Assembly: GCF_037042905.1 (NCBI RefSeq)
Contig: NC_087245.1
Location: 372,001 to 436,000, forward strand
DNA length: 64,000 bases
Reading direction: 5' to 3'
DNA from: Lytechinus pictus
Lineage: Eukaryota
Of the stretch, positions 36,680 through 49,051 are shown in pieces. The position numbers and the translations under genes are program-made. The notes beneath the pieces were generated by a model, which saw nothing but the letters and a program-made list of their open reading frames with translations, was not told the DNA's origin and did not search any database. How positions within the stretch are numbered: the stretch's first letter is position 1; each line of letters opens with the position of its first letter.

Positions 36680-37347
36680 AACTAAGACCATCACTGAACG
36701 TGATTGATACCCCTGCCCTATGCTGTTACCATGGCAACAGTTTCCGACATATGGAAAAAAATATGTCTTGCCCATCTTTACCCAAAGACCTATGTGTGAG
36801 CACAGTATCATGAGAATTTGTTAAAAACTGATAAGTAATTTGAACCGCAAGGTTTTGGCCTAATTTTTTAGACATACCCTAATATATTGTTACCATGGCA
36901 GCACAATTTCTGACACACGAAATAAGTGTCTCGCACATCTTTACCTTGAAACCAATGTGTGAGCCAAATTTCATGGGAATTAGTCAAAAATTGATGAATA
37001 ATTACAACTTAAAGTTTTTTACCCAATTTTTGCCGTATAATGTTATTACCATAGCAACATGATTTTGGACACACAAAAAAGTATGTCTTGCACATCTTTA
37101 CATCAATACCAATGTGTGTGTCAAATTTCATGAGAACTGGTTAGAAACTGAGGAAGTAGATTGAACTGCAAGAGCTTTACCTCATTTTTGCCAAAATATA
37201 CCGTTACCATGGAAACACAATTTCTGACACATGCGAAAAATGTGCTCCATGTTTCATGAGGTTTGGTTAAAAACTAAAGAAGTTTGATGCGTGATTGCCT
37301 GATTCCTATATACCCCCTTCAAACTTTGTTTGGCAGGGGTATATAAC
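36680..37347 (+). mobile_element. Second Helentron/DINE-like element with ~155-bp internal repeats
   Basis: Subterminal inverted repeat atacccctgcc / ggcaggggtat; repeated gttaccatggcaac-like units. Confidence 0.65.
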
Positions 37348-38514
37348 AGCAACAACAATATTTTTTTTTAATATCAACAACAATGGCAACAATAATAAAT
37401 ATTTCACTGACTAGACCCAAAATGAAGCCAGAACACATCAGACCAAATTCACAAAGGTTGTTTTGAATCTGTGGTTTGAAACCATGTTTTATGTAGATTT
37501 CTTGCCTTGATTAAGCTTTATTCAGTGCAATTATCAAAGCGCGCTAAATAGATGATTGTTAATAAGGTTACTATATTTAATTTGCCCACTGTTTTGAATT
37601 AATGAATCCACTGCTTGTGTCAACTGATTTCCAAAATCAGTTGGCTCATTAATACATCAACGTAAGGAACAAGTGTCAATTTAAAGTTCTGTTACAAAAG
37701 CATTCATTCGTTTGTTAACGCTTTATCAATATACATGCTGAATTAAATGTGACTAAGGATGAAACCTGCATAAACCATATCACTGATTAAAAAACATTTT
37801 TGTGAGTTCAGGGCAGTAAACTGTGCAAAAGCTTAAAGACCAACATCTCATACAGAGTCATGGGGGAGGTGAGAAAAATCATGAATCTCTCATGAAATAA
37901 AATCAAAGGTAATCTTTCCCTTTATTTTCCAGAAATAAACTAATTACATAACAAAACAAAAACCTAAAGAGTAGAATATATTGTAGAAAGCTTGATAAAT
38001 GATCTCAATGAATGATGTCCAAAAACATATTCTCACTGACATTACAAATACTCTGAAAAGATTGGAAATTGTTGGGAGAAAGTAAGACTGTCAAATGATT
38101 TTATCTTAATATTCTGCATGAGACCGTACATAGTGATATAGACTTCAGTAGATGCAGACTACATTGATCTTCACAGAGAAAGGCTAGAAGAAAAGGAAAA
38201 GCTTTATAGCAAACCTCAATGTAATTGGTTCAAATAATTATTCTGAAGAAATCACTAGCATGTTTAAGTATCTGGTTCAAAGAAAAAATAAAGACCTTCA
38301 GACAACTGTCCAGTTTCACTGTGAAAATAATGTAGAAAAAAGGCTTGAATGATCGATTGACAATATCAAGTGATGATGCTACTTGAGATAAGTACTGAAA
38401 ACAAGAAAATACAACACTGGAGATGCTAACAAACTTAATTAAAAGTTGTGTGCTTAAAGCTTTCATGGCATGACTGAAGTCTGTGGACAAGATTAAAGTT
38501 ATCTACAAGGTGAT

Positions 38515-38677
38515 CTGGGGTCCGTAACACAAAGATTAGTGATAATAGTGATAAATTGATAGACCAATCAAGATCAATGTTTCATGTGCTTTTGGTTCAA
38601 AGTGCCAGCTATGAACCAATGAGAAGTGTTCTTTGATATTTGGTATTCATCGCCAAGCTTTGAGTTACGGGCCCCAG
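38515..38677. mobile_element. Short Harbinger-like MITE (related copy at ~24231-24373)
   Basis: TIR ctggggtccgtaacacaaag / ctttgagttacgggccccag. Confidence 0.75.
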
Positions 38678-38687
38678 AATGCATTAA

Positions 38688-39282
38688 AGGGGAATCCAGC
38701 CTTGGCCATAAAATGTTGTGTTGGGAAGGAGAAAAATAAATCAAACAGAATGGTGAAAGTTTGAAAGAAATCGGACAAGCAATAAGACAGTTATAGCTGC
38801 TTTAAAATTGAGATCACTAATAGTATGTAGATTTCAAATTGGCAACTGGGTAAGTAAATTATGACAAGGGGCAAGGACAACTTTCCCATAGTCCAAGTAC
38901 TTTATTATCAGGGATTTGTGGTTTTCTCCTAAGTACCCATTCCCCTGGGGCAGTAATCTAAATATAACCCAGGTAGTATATTGTTTTATGTCCTCATGAA
39001 AGAAAAATATAATTTGAAATAAAACTTTTGGGAAAAAGGACATTTTAGCCATAATATGTATTGGAGTACATAGAAGAGTAGTCCTTGCCTTACATCACTA
39101 TGACATCCCATATGCGGCCAATTTGAAGTCTCCATGGGTATAGTGATTACCAATATTTACAACTTTTAAAAATTCATAACTTTTTTGTTGTTTGTCCAAT
39201 ATTGTTCAAACTTTCACCTATCAACTTGTCTGATTTTTCTCTTTCTTATAAAAACAAGTTTTTATTTGGGTTGGATTCCCCT
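38688..39282. mobile_element. TTAA-target MITE (Kolobok-like)
   Basis: TTAA|aggggaatcca ... tggattcccct|TTAA. Confidence 0.85.
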
Positions 39283-39633
39283 TTAACCTATCAGGTAAGC
39301 ATTACATCTACACGTATGCTCATGGCAAGCCAGTCTGCACACAGTTTTGTCTACAGGCAATACATGAACTTCAACAAAAATATGATGATCATGCACAAAG
39401 GACAGGATACTCCATCCTATTAATTGAATTAGGTTGTTTCGGTGTGTTTAACAAGTATTAAGAATGATAAGAGCACAATTAACATTTGCAATGTAGTAAA
39501 TCAGAACAATATACATTATGACCAATTCAATCTACACAATGAATGAACCAATCACAGCTGCTAACTCCATAATGATGCAATGATTGACCAATCAGAGCTT
39601 TGATAGTTGATGACATCATATCAATTTGACCAA

Positions 39634-39714
39634 TCATTGAGAGCTTAGAGGACTACTGGCAGGTGAAAGTTCACTAACATCCTCAGCGGTATCATTTCTC
39701 TTTTCTTCATCCAC
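39634..39714 (-). CDS. SRA protein probable last exon (VDEEKRND...SPLSSQ*)
   Basis: ttcag acceptor, phase 0, continues the acidic/Ser tail; TGA at 39636-39634. Confidence 0.72.
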   Translation of the reverse strand: MDEEKRNDTAEDVSELSPASSPLSSQ

Positions 39715-42700
39715 CTGAAACATGTATTAAAAGAGATAAAGATCATATTACAGTTAATCGTGAAATTATATTTTCAATCTAATTGTGTGTTTCTTATTAT
39801 TAAAGAAAACTAAAACAGGTGGTACACAGTTTCAGAATACAACAAAAGGATATTGTCAATTCTTTGATGTAATGAGCTAGTTTTAAATTGAAAGACTATT
39901 TTCATTTATGTAATAACAGGGGTGTTAGGAAGAAAAAGGAAACTCAAGCACAATACATTAAAAAATCTATAGGAATACAAAAAAGCATCCCAATCATTGT
40001 CAAAGCATTCTACAGTGGTTTGACATTCCATGTCATGTGGCATGCCGATGTTAACCCTTCAGATCAAACTGGCTCCTGCATATTAAGCGAAATTCCAGAA
40101 TTCACTATTTTTGTCTCTTCTTTTGCAAATTTCAAATTACTTATGAACAAATGAAAAAAGTATATATGATTTTATAACTACCTAAGAAATTGACTAATTT
40201 TATCATTTTCTGACAATTTGCACTGTTTAGAGCTCACTCATTATGAAAGATATATCATATATTAAATTATGAACATATCTTGTATAATTTGTCGGTGAAT
40301 CCACGAAGTGGCACACACGACCGTTGATGCGAAATCACTTTTGAGATAAACGTGAATAAAGATTTTTACATTTTCGACTGCCCGTTGCTATATGATTGTG
40401 AAGTTTAACAGAATGAAGAATGTATACCCAGAGCCAGGTATCTACTCTTGTTTTCCATGTTAAAATTTTAACGAATGAACATCAAATCTTGAAATAGCAG
40501 TGATGCAAACACATGCATGACAAGTGTCATTTTGTGGAAAATATTACTTCAACGTGAGTAGAAACGCTACACACCTGCATGCAATTTTGTGGATTATTTT
40601 ACAAAGGATTTTGAGGCTAGTGTCAATTTTTCCCCTTAAATTATCTCATTAATTGGGTTCTAAATTTCGGTGAAATGATACACCATTCAGTGACGGCTTT
40701 AAGCATGTTCTTGCGAGAATCTGAGATATAATATTTCTCAAATTGTTTATTGTCTTCGCTAATACCCATTATGCTCACAAAATATACAAATGCATCATTA
40801 ACAACTGGACAAAGGAAGTTAGAACCTGACTTTATCTTGTGGGTCCGAGAAAATGTCATCAAATTAAAAATGTCTGTATTGTTGAAACCCCTGAAAGACA
40901 TTGTTGAAACACCTGTTGAATGCCCATTATATTGTCATTGGCTTGTCACATGGGGTTAACGCAAGCTGGTACTAAAGCATGTTCATATGCTTTATTATGG
41001 TGTGTATTATTTTATTAAAAATTGTGGTTGAAAGATTTGCCGAGAGAAAAATTGAATAATAATCATTTCAACTGCTATTAACATGTTTTTCACTTTCTTC
41101 AATTTCAGTTTCCCACATAATTCTAATACCATTTAATTCATTACCAGCTATATATTTTATTTTAATGTAGATTCTGACTTTTATTCATGCAGTATTTTAT
41201 AACAGTTGGTCTCATAATCATATCATTTGGGTCTACTTGCTTACATTAACCCTCTACTCCAACATCCTTGTGTCATTCTGTGCACACAATCATTTTCACA
41301 CTGTTTTCTCAATTTTTTAATTTCCACTTGTAACATCCACTTGGTCTCATCTGAGTAGACCCATTGAGAAAACTGAAATGATGAAGTGGATCTTAGACTA
41401 AATAGATGTGGATGAAATTAAAAAATAAACAAATTTATAAGATTCAATGTGGTAATAGACCAACTGATATGAGACCAACTGGTAGTGGATATACCTCTTT
41501 ATCTTGATCGCCCTCTGAATGTTCAGTGAACCCACTGTCTGATGAACATTCCTCGTTCTCTCTCTTATCATCATCTCTATCTACCTCCCATGGGGGTGGG
41601 GCTTGACCAGGACATCGTTTGAAAGCAAACTTATAAACACCAAACCCGGACAGACCAGTGGTGAACCAAAACTTCTCAACAGTGTACAGACCTGAAAGGT
41701 TTAGGAAAAGGGTCAAAGGTCATTGACTTTTTTTTGTTACATTTAGGCCATTTATTCCTGAAATATGCTATACTTGTAGTGAGGTAAATTCAATTTAAAA
41801 CAAAGAGTCACCACCACCACCAGGTATAGTGATGGCCAAATCAGAGGAAGAAATCAAGCAGATTTGAAGAAAAAAAAGTTGACTTTACATACACTATCAA
41901 AGTATCCGGAAATGCACTAATGAAAAGGTCACACAAGGAACGGTAGTACTGTATGCTATTCTAGGATTCCTATTCCACAATTGGTGAACATTAATGATGT
42001 GATACAGCAGTTTCACCCGTTATTCAATACTTGGACCCACTTTCAAAAGACTTGCAAGAATGGTAACTTTGCCATTGTACCATCGTAACATTTGTAAAGG
42101 GTGGGCGTGACAAATGAGTGCAGTATCTTTTATCCAGAAACGAACAGTTCTCCCCTCTTTGATTCTTGTATGTACATGTGTTAAAGACCCAAACCGGAGC
42201 TAAAAATGAAATTCACTAATGGGAAGTATATAACCTACATGTACATAGTACAAAAATGTAAGTTTTATGTATAATTCACAGCTTGACAGCTTTTGCTTAC
42301 AAAATGCTCAAATTAACGGGTTTTCAACAAAAAGCTTGATTGATCTATATAACGACCTGAATTACATAACGTCATACTGTTTCAGGAGGTTGGTGATTCC
42401 ATAGACTTGTACATAAAAAAAATGGATTATATTCATTTTATTCTAGATAATGAATTAATATATTTATTCAGTGCCCAAATGGATGAAAACCTACAACTTG
42501 TCACTAGTTGTTTTTTTTGTATGTGTGATTTCTTTATTTGGCTCTTATTAGGCCTAAAGTGCTATGTCAGGAAATGTTGTTATAAATAATCTGATTGTCG
42601 ATAGCTTTGGAATGCTGTTCCAAATTAGCGGGAAATACAATATGGAAAACAACTAGTCCAAAGCTTTTGATTTCTTCAATCAAAGCTTCGGGAAAATATG

Positions 42701-45700
42701 TATTTTTGATAACTCTTTGTGATAGTAGTATAGAAAAAAATGTGTAATCTCAACAGGAGAAAACTCACCTTTTTTTTTTTTAAGTACAAACCTATGAAAT
42801 CACCATGCTTCTAAACAAAGCATGACATCACAGTCTTGAAACCAGTAAAACACACAAGCCTTTTTTTTTTAAGTGCCATTTTTTGAGCTATTCTTAAGCA
42901 AAATACTCTGCTGATAAGTGGTGAAAATGCATAAAGCTTGAACTGCTGTGTTTAGTGGTTTATAAGCTTTCAATCTATATATGACTTGTCAATTTTATTT
43001 TTTGGGTCCAGTCTGGGTCTTTAAGACAACATACACCCCCAGACGATTACTGTTTAAAGACATTTTTCTCACCATCATAACGATAGCCATCCTCCGGTGC
43101 ATAGGGACTATCTGACTTGTAACCTCTGATTACACGAACAGGATTTCCTGTTTCAACATTCTTACTAAGAGCTAGATTACCTGAAAATAACATTCAATCA
43201 AAGATTAAGGAATTATAAACATAGTCAGAAAAGTACTTTCAGCCCACATATAAGTGGTGTAAATTTGAAACGGAGGGGGGGGGGCAAAATTACATTTTAT
43301 TTTTTTATTCTATTTTTTTTCTTCATTTTTTTAGCAGACAGTGGTTGACCGGACAGAGATACACATTTCCTTATATCAAATTTCAGAACTTTTATTAACG
43401 AAGTAGAACTATGGAGATAATATGGGAGTCAGACTTTTTCAAAGTCTGGTGACATGTAATGTTACAGTACACGACATATAAGTTAATCCCTCCTAAATCA
43501 TGACAGGGCCGAGCCACTAACAAAATTATGATTTATGACCATGGGTACACAAAATGATTTTGAACAATATTCAAACTGTTACCTACCTCTTTCTAAGGAC
43601 TGATCTTTAGACTGTGGAGCGGTTCTCAGGTTTTTAGGATTGTTCTTGGTGCCTCGAAGATCTCTACCACCTGATCAACAAGGGACAATAGAAGAACATG
43701 AAATACCTTTCACCTTATGTACAGTATTTTAATCTTCCAAGCATTTCTGAATAGATGCACCCTTTATAGTACTCCATGTTAATCCAGAGAGATTTGTTGA
43801 CAACAGTGTACTCAACAACCATCATAAATAAAAACAATTCTCTCAAGTGATTTAAACCATATTTTAACTTAAGTTCTACTGAATTAAGGCTGATGCACAC
43901 CTCACCACTGGTCCACAAATGGATACTGAATCTAAAACATATTTCACACTCAGATTCAAAAATCTAATTAGGAATTCAAAATGTTATTCTGATCAATCTA
44001 ATGGATTCTAGAAGCAATTACATCAGATCTCAGCCGTTGATTGCGCGATCGCCGCAAAAATTTGCACCCACGTAGAGCCAGATGTAAACTGCAAGACTGT
44101 ACATGTATAGTAAAATTTTAAAAAAATTAATCGCTTATAAATATTTTTATGAATTAATTATGCAAATAAGCGTATAAAATTTGCCCAAATTTATTTTTTG
44201 TTTTGTTTTTGCCTTTAACTTAATTTGTAAAGCTAGTACACTGTAGAATGCCAATTTTTGGTGAACATATACATTTTTACATTTCTAAGAAAAATTTACA
44301 AAAAAATTGCCGAAAAATAATCAATTTCCTATGTATCTTATATCCTATGTATTTCTTTGTTTTTTCAAACCTAAGTTTTTGTTGTTTTTTTCAATGAACT
44401 TTGTCGGGGACCCTTTTGCAATCATAAATTACATAAAATAAATCCATATACCAACAAAAGTAAAAATAATCATACATTTCTGATTTTTGGTTGAAAAACA
44501 CAATTTGCATTAATTTTGTACACGTAATCATGTTTTTGAGCAATTTTGGGACCGACATGCACTTAATACAAAATATCGCGTAATTTCAGAACCACGTACC
44601 TGGGCATTGCAAAATTTGGTCTCATAAGATGCGCAAGACTTGAAAATAAAAAGGTCAGTGAGCGGCGCGGTCAGAAAAAATTTCGCGACGGCTTAGTGGC
44701 GAAATTTATCCGTTTAATAAGGGTTAAATCATTTGATGCTGACTTGAACTAATTATAACATAGTTGGTATTTGCAGTCTGATGAAAACAACAAAATCACT
44801 ATTTTAAAAATGCACATTAGCTATTTTTTTTGTTAACTTACTCTTTTAATATTAATTTTGACTCATGTTATATTGATTTTACTTTTTTCACGGTGTAAAA
44901 ATTGAAATTAACTTAATAATTAATGCCAATTTAAAGCGCAAAAGAAAATTGATTTTAACCAGCTGTGTATCTGAATGAAAGGAAAGAACATACCCTGTCC
45001 AGTGAATGTAAAGCATTCACCCATGTCTAAATCATCTTCATAACCACCAGACAATGCTACTGAGTAACAACCCTCATCGTTACCATGGATACCAGATACA
45101 GTAGGTCGATGTACGCCATCTCTAGAGCACTCCATTCTCATCTCCCATGATGTTCCAATTTCAATACCTACAAGATAACCACCAAAATCAATAAGCAAAA
45201 GATAAAATATTAACAGCAAAATTATCTTTTGACAGATTTCTTACCCCCTCCTTTCACTTTCCCTCATAATGTATCTCCCATTTATACAAAATATTCTTGT
45301 AATAGGTTTGGTATCTGGGTGTAAAGAGAAATAAGATTAACTTTCACATTTAAAATAAATCTAATAACATCTATTTCTCTGTTTTGAAAATTTGGTAATC
45401 TAAAAAATATTCCCTTTTTAGAATGGACAGGTAAAAAAGGGGTGGGGCAGAGCTTGAATTAAGAATTCAAATGGAGAAGGAATTTTTTAGGGTCCTTCAA
45501 GAGAGAGGCAGGCAGGGGGGGGGGGTATCCAAGGTCATTAATAAAGGTCATCAATAGTTAAATGTACTTTCTAATGGGACACATGCACTCGATTACCATA
45601 GGGCATCAAGGCCACAGGAAAAATGGGTACTTAATTTGGCCTGAAGTCTAAAGATATTTGGAAGGGCATCAACGCCATTTCTGAGGGTATCACATGGCCT

Positions 45701-48496
45701 TGGGTGGCCATGGATTAATACGAGTTCTGGTGGGGTGGAATATAGGGTGAATTAATCAGTCAACATTTTTCACAACCATTCTGGCATGGGAAAGTGTTTG
45801 ACCATGCTACTTGCTGACTTTCTAGTCTTGTGATCTTTTGAGATCAAATTTGTACGTGCATGTCAGACCAAAAATTGATCAAAAACATAGTTCTGTGTAC
45901 AAAGACAATGCAAATGGAGTTTTCTCACCTTATTCAAAAATTTATTATTTTTACTTTCTTAGTCAAAAATCAACTAATTTTAGCATAAATATGACCAGCC
46001 ACCCCAAAATGGAATTTTAGACTTTCATTGACTTTGTAAAAGCACATTTAAGGTTGAGAATGATTAATTTGTCAAAATTGATCACCCATAAACCTCACAA
46101 GTGCATGTAATTGGTTGAATGCAAAAGAAATTCAGTGAGAGCTTCATACAATTAAAGGAGAAAACAAGGTTTGAAGTACTGGGTTCACTCAAGCATGATA
46201 TGTGCACTGTGCAATCTCAGTGAATTTTCCAAGCAGTCCGCAGAAATATGGTGTCTATAAAGAAATGCTTGTAACATTTGCTTTTTTCAACTTTACAACT
46301 TCAAATTTTTGAAAGTTTGAAGAAAAATTGCTCTTTCAGGATACCCTGGTAATTTATAATTATATCGTAGTTTAAGGGAAGACGATAGCTAGATAGATAA
46401 GACAATTCAGGTTTTGAGATTATTCTATATATTGCAAATAGAGAAACAAATCAATTTAGAAAACGTTGAGTGCAACAATTCAGTGACCAAAGCCATATAC
46501 CTCAACGCATAGAAACATAAAATGGAGAAGAGCTAGTAATATTCGATCTCCACTATTTTTTTGCTATTTCTAGTGTGTAATTTTGCAGGCATCATTAAAA
46601 CAACTTTCTTGTTTTTCGTAACTTTATAATAATTATATAAATTAATATTCCATATGTTTCTATAGTGTTCCTAAAGCTTTGTCTTTGAAGAATCCTGTTC
46701 TCATATTACTGAGGATGAATTATTGTTTCTTAAAAGACACACCTGGCTTTTTTTTTATTCTTAAGAAGGAAAAATGTGGTTTATTTACCGGAAAATATTT
46801 TGGAAGATTTAATAATACAGTCTAGTAAATTATATTACACTCTACCATTATACAGCCAAGATAGCCAAGATGGGGGGGGGGGGGGTGTTGGATTCAACCC
46901 TTCCCCCACCATGGGACAACCAAAAGTCCCAGCCTGGTTACACAACTCGTAATTACACTACTCTGCTTTAGAAAGATAATTGCCAGTTGTGGTAACGATC
47001 CCAAAATGACTTTTTACATAATCTAATATAATGACCACCCAAGTGTCTGTTTGTATGAATAAAAAATATGTGCCAAAGGATTCTGGAAGAAATTGTGTAA
47101 TTGCTGAGAAATAAGCAAAATAAGCGCGGATTTGGTCACTTCCGTCGGGTCTTTATTCCAGCAATAATAATACACTGTCCCACATGTGCCTATCTGTGTT
47201 GGCGATCTTCAGTGTGATCGTTTTTCAGCTTAGATTTTATGAGTTCACAAAGTTCAGTTTATGTAACTGTACCAGATCTAGATCCACGATGATATAGTAA
47301 TACTTCACCTTGGTTTTACAGACTTTCTCACGAAATTAGTGTTTTACTGCAACTATACTTTCATTTAGCTTTAATACCTGGTATAGCTCCAAAGGTGTTT
47401 TCTCTGGGAGTTCTTTTGACTGGTTTGTAGTCTACATCTTGGTGATCAAGGCTGTTATCCAAATATTCTAAATCAACATCACTTCCTTCCACTGGTTGCT
47501 AGATATTAGGATATAACATGTTAACATCTTTTAAAGAATAATTAAATACAGGCTTGTTTGCTATAATATAAACTAACAAATACACAAGGATGTTCAATTC
47601 AATTCAACTCAATTCATTTATTTGACATCCTTTAAAACATACAAACATATGTACAAGTATACAACAAAGTAGTAAAAGAATTCAAATCACAGTAAAAGGT
47701 CAAGTTAAAGGTCAAGTCCACCCCAGAAGAATGTTGATTTGAATCAATATAGAAAAATCAAACAATGCTGAAAATTTCATCAAAATCGGATTTAAAAGTT
47801 GACATTTTAAATTTTGCTTATTTTTCACAAGAGTTATCCACAACATGCAAATGAGAGGGTTGATGATGTCCCTCACTATTTTTTTTAATGTTTTAATTAT
47901 CAAATATTTACAGACTTGACAATAATGACCAACATGACTGAACCATAATGCTTAAACCATGGTAATTCCACTTGTTCATAGAGGATCATGGAGGAATAAA
48001 TAAATTTGTCACATGATAATGAAAAAATTCAAAATACTATTATTTCATATTATTTTCCCATAATAAAATACAAAAGAAATAGTGAATGGGTGATGTCATC
48101 AGTTCCCTCATTTCATACTGACCAGGATGACCATAATTATAAAGTTAATTAGAAAATTTATAATGGCATATCTTTCTTATTTTACATCCAATTTCGATGA
48201 AATTTTGTTGGATTTTTCTCTTTTTACTCAAATCAACTTTTTATTTGGGGGGTGGACTTGTCCTTTTTAAACATCAGTTGATGGAATACAGAGATAGTAA
48301 TAGGCCTTGTTTGAATATATAAGCTTTTCTAACTTACCCTTCCCCGCAACCTGCGAGACTGCCTTCTGCCAAAGTCTGAATATTCACTGCCTCCATCGGG
48401 TCCAGCATCCGCTGATCGTGGTGTCTTGGGTGTTCTTGGCGATGCAGTCGATGGACGCTTCCTCTTAATCCCGCTTGTTTTCTTTGGAGCGATAAA
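39634..48496 (-). CDS. SRA/YDG domain protein (UHRF1-like SRA only, no RING); 5'-partial, 7 exons, ~307 aa
   Basis: Exons 48496-48338, 47498-47378, 45167-44994, 43670-43587, 43180-43073, 41691-41495 and 39714-39634 have AG/GT boundaries and splice in frame. They give FGAIPGIEIG..W..R.ECSRDGVHRP..GIHG..SVALSGGYEDD..FTFTGQGGRDL..DQ..NLAL..PVRVIRG..YAP..GYRYDGLY, the SRA/YDG signature. Confidence 0.92.
41495..41691 (-). CDS. SRA protein exon (GLYTVEKFW...GQAPPPW + acidic tail)
   Basis: ttcag acceptor, gtatat donor; end of the SRA domain. Confidence 0.92.
42185..43020. mobile_element. TTAA-target MITE (Kolobok-like)
   Basis: TTAA|agacccaaaccgga ... tccagtctgggtct|TTAA. Confidence 0.8.
43073..43180 (-). 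CDS. SRA protein exon (NLALSKNVETGNPVRVIRG...GYRYD)
   Basis: ttcag acceptor, gtgag donor; YDG motif spans the junction. Confidence 0.95.
43587..43670 (-). CDS. SRA protein exon (GGRDLRGTKNNPKNLRTAPQSKDQSLER)
   Basis: cag acceptor, gtaggt donor; finger loop. Confidence 0.93.
44028..44727 (+). mobile_element. piggyBac-like non-autonomous element fragment
   Basis: Ends in aaggg|TTAA; homologous to 33440-34040. Confidence 0.55.
44994..45167 (-). CDS. SRA protein exon (GIEIGTSW...GVHRPTVSGIHG...SGGYEDD...FTFTGQG)
   Basis: tag acceptor, gtatgt donor; base-binding pocket motif. Confidence 0.95.
47378..47498 (-). CDS. SRA protein exon (QPVEGSD...RENTFGAIP)
   Basis: tag acceptor, gtatta donor; supplies the N-terminal FGxIPG of the SRA domain. 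Confidence 0.88.
47709..48264. mobile_element. TTAA-target MITE (Kolobok-like)
   Basis: TTAA|aggtcaagtccacccc ... ggggtggacttgtcct|tttt(aa). Confidence 0.8.
48338..48496 (-). CDS. SRA protein exon: basic/NLS-like region (KRKRP...RRQSRRLRGR)
   Basis: cag acceptor, gtaagt donor; 53 open codons, GC-richer than flanks. Confidence 0.8.
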
Positions 48497-48576
48497 CTGT
48501 CCATGGGAATGAAGAGATGTACATAATTTATCTTGTGTATTTTATTTTGTTTAAATGTACAGAGAAAAACAATTAA

Positions 48577-48824
48577 GGGTCATGTGGTCTAGCTTCTAGA
48601 GCATTGGACTCATGATTGAAAGGTTGTGAGTTCAAATCCCAGCTCTGCCATTATTTTATCTCCAGTTTAACCCAAAAGGCCAGAGAGTAATTCTGTTGTC
48701 TATAAAGGTCAGCCACTATATGACTGATTAACCTTCTACATACATGAACGTAAGATACTGGCTAGGCGAAGCAGCGGAAAGCTGCTTTGCAGAGTTCCTT
48801 CAGGAGTTACCCCAACAGAAACAG
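48577..48824 (+). mobile_element. tRNA-derived SINE
   Basis: tRNA-like head with B-box gagttcaaatcc; body shared with 12176-12433. Confidence 0.75.
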
Positions 48825-49051
48825 ATCACAAAAACAAGTGAAACCTCAGGCAGTCTCGCCTGCATTATATGCAATCCAATATGTAGTGCTGACTTTAATA
48901 AAAGCAATTATCAAAATAAAATCACATTATAAAATCCTAAGCTCATTGACCTCAAATAACCTCTGACCATGATCATATGACTTGAAACTCATAAAAATTA
49001 TTCAGTGATAGACCTACTTGTTAACTACTAGCATACATGTAGGGTCTAGAC

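Noticed and set aside
40055..40955. TTAA|CCC...GGG|TTAA piggyBac-like element
   Set aside because: The inverted match extends only ~3-4 bp, too weak to call without a repeat library.
39634..48496. Calling the SRA gene UHRF1
   Set aside because: No PHD next to the SRA, no RING before the stop, and no NKR finger.
48577..48655. Possible tRNA gene (also 12355-12433 on -)
   Set aside because: The cloverleaf is degenerate and both copies continue into a shared non-tRNA body, as expected for SINE heads.
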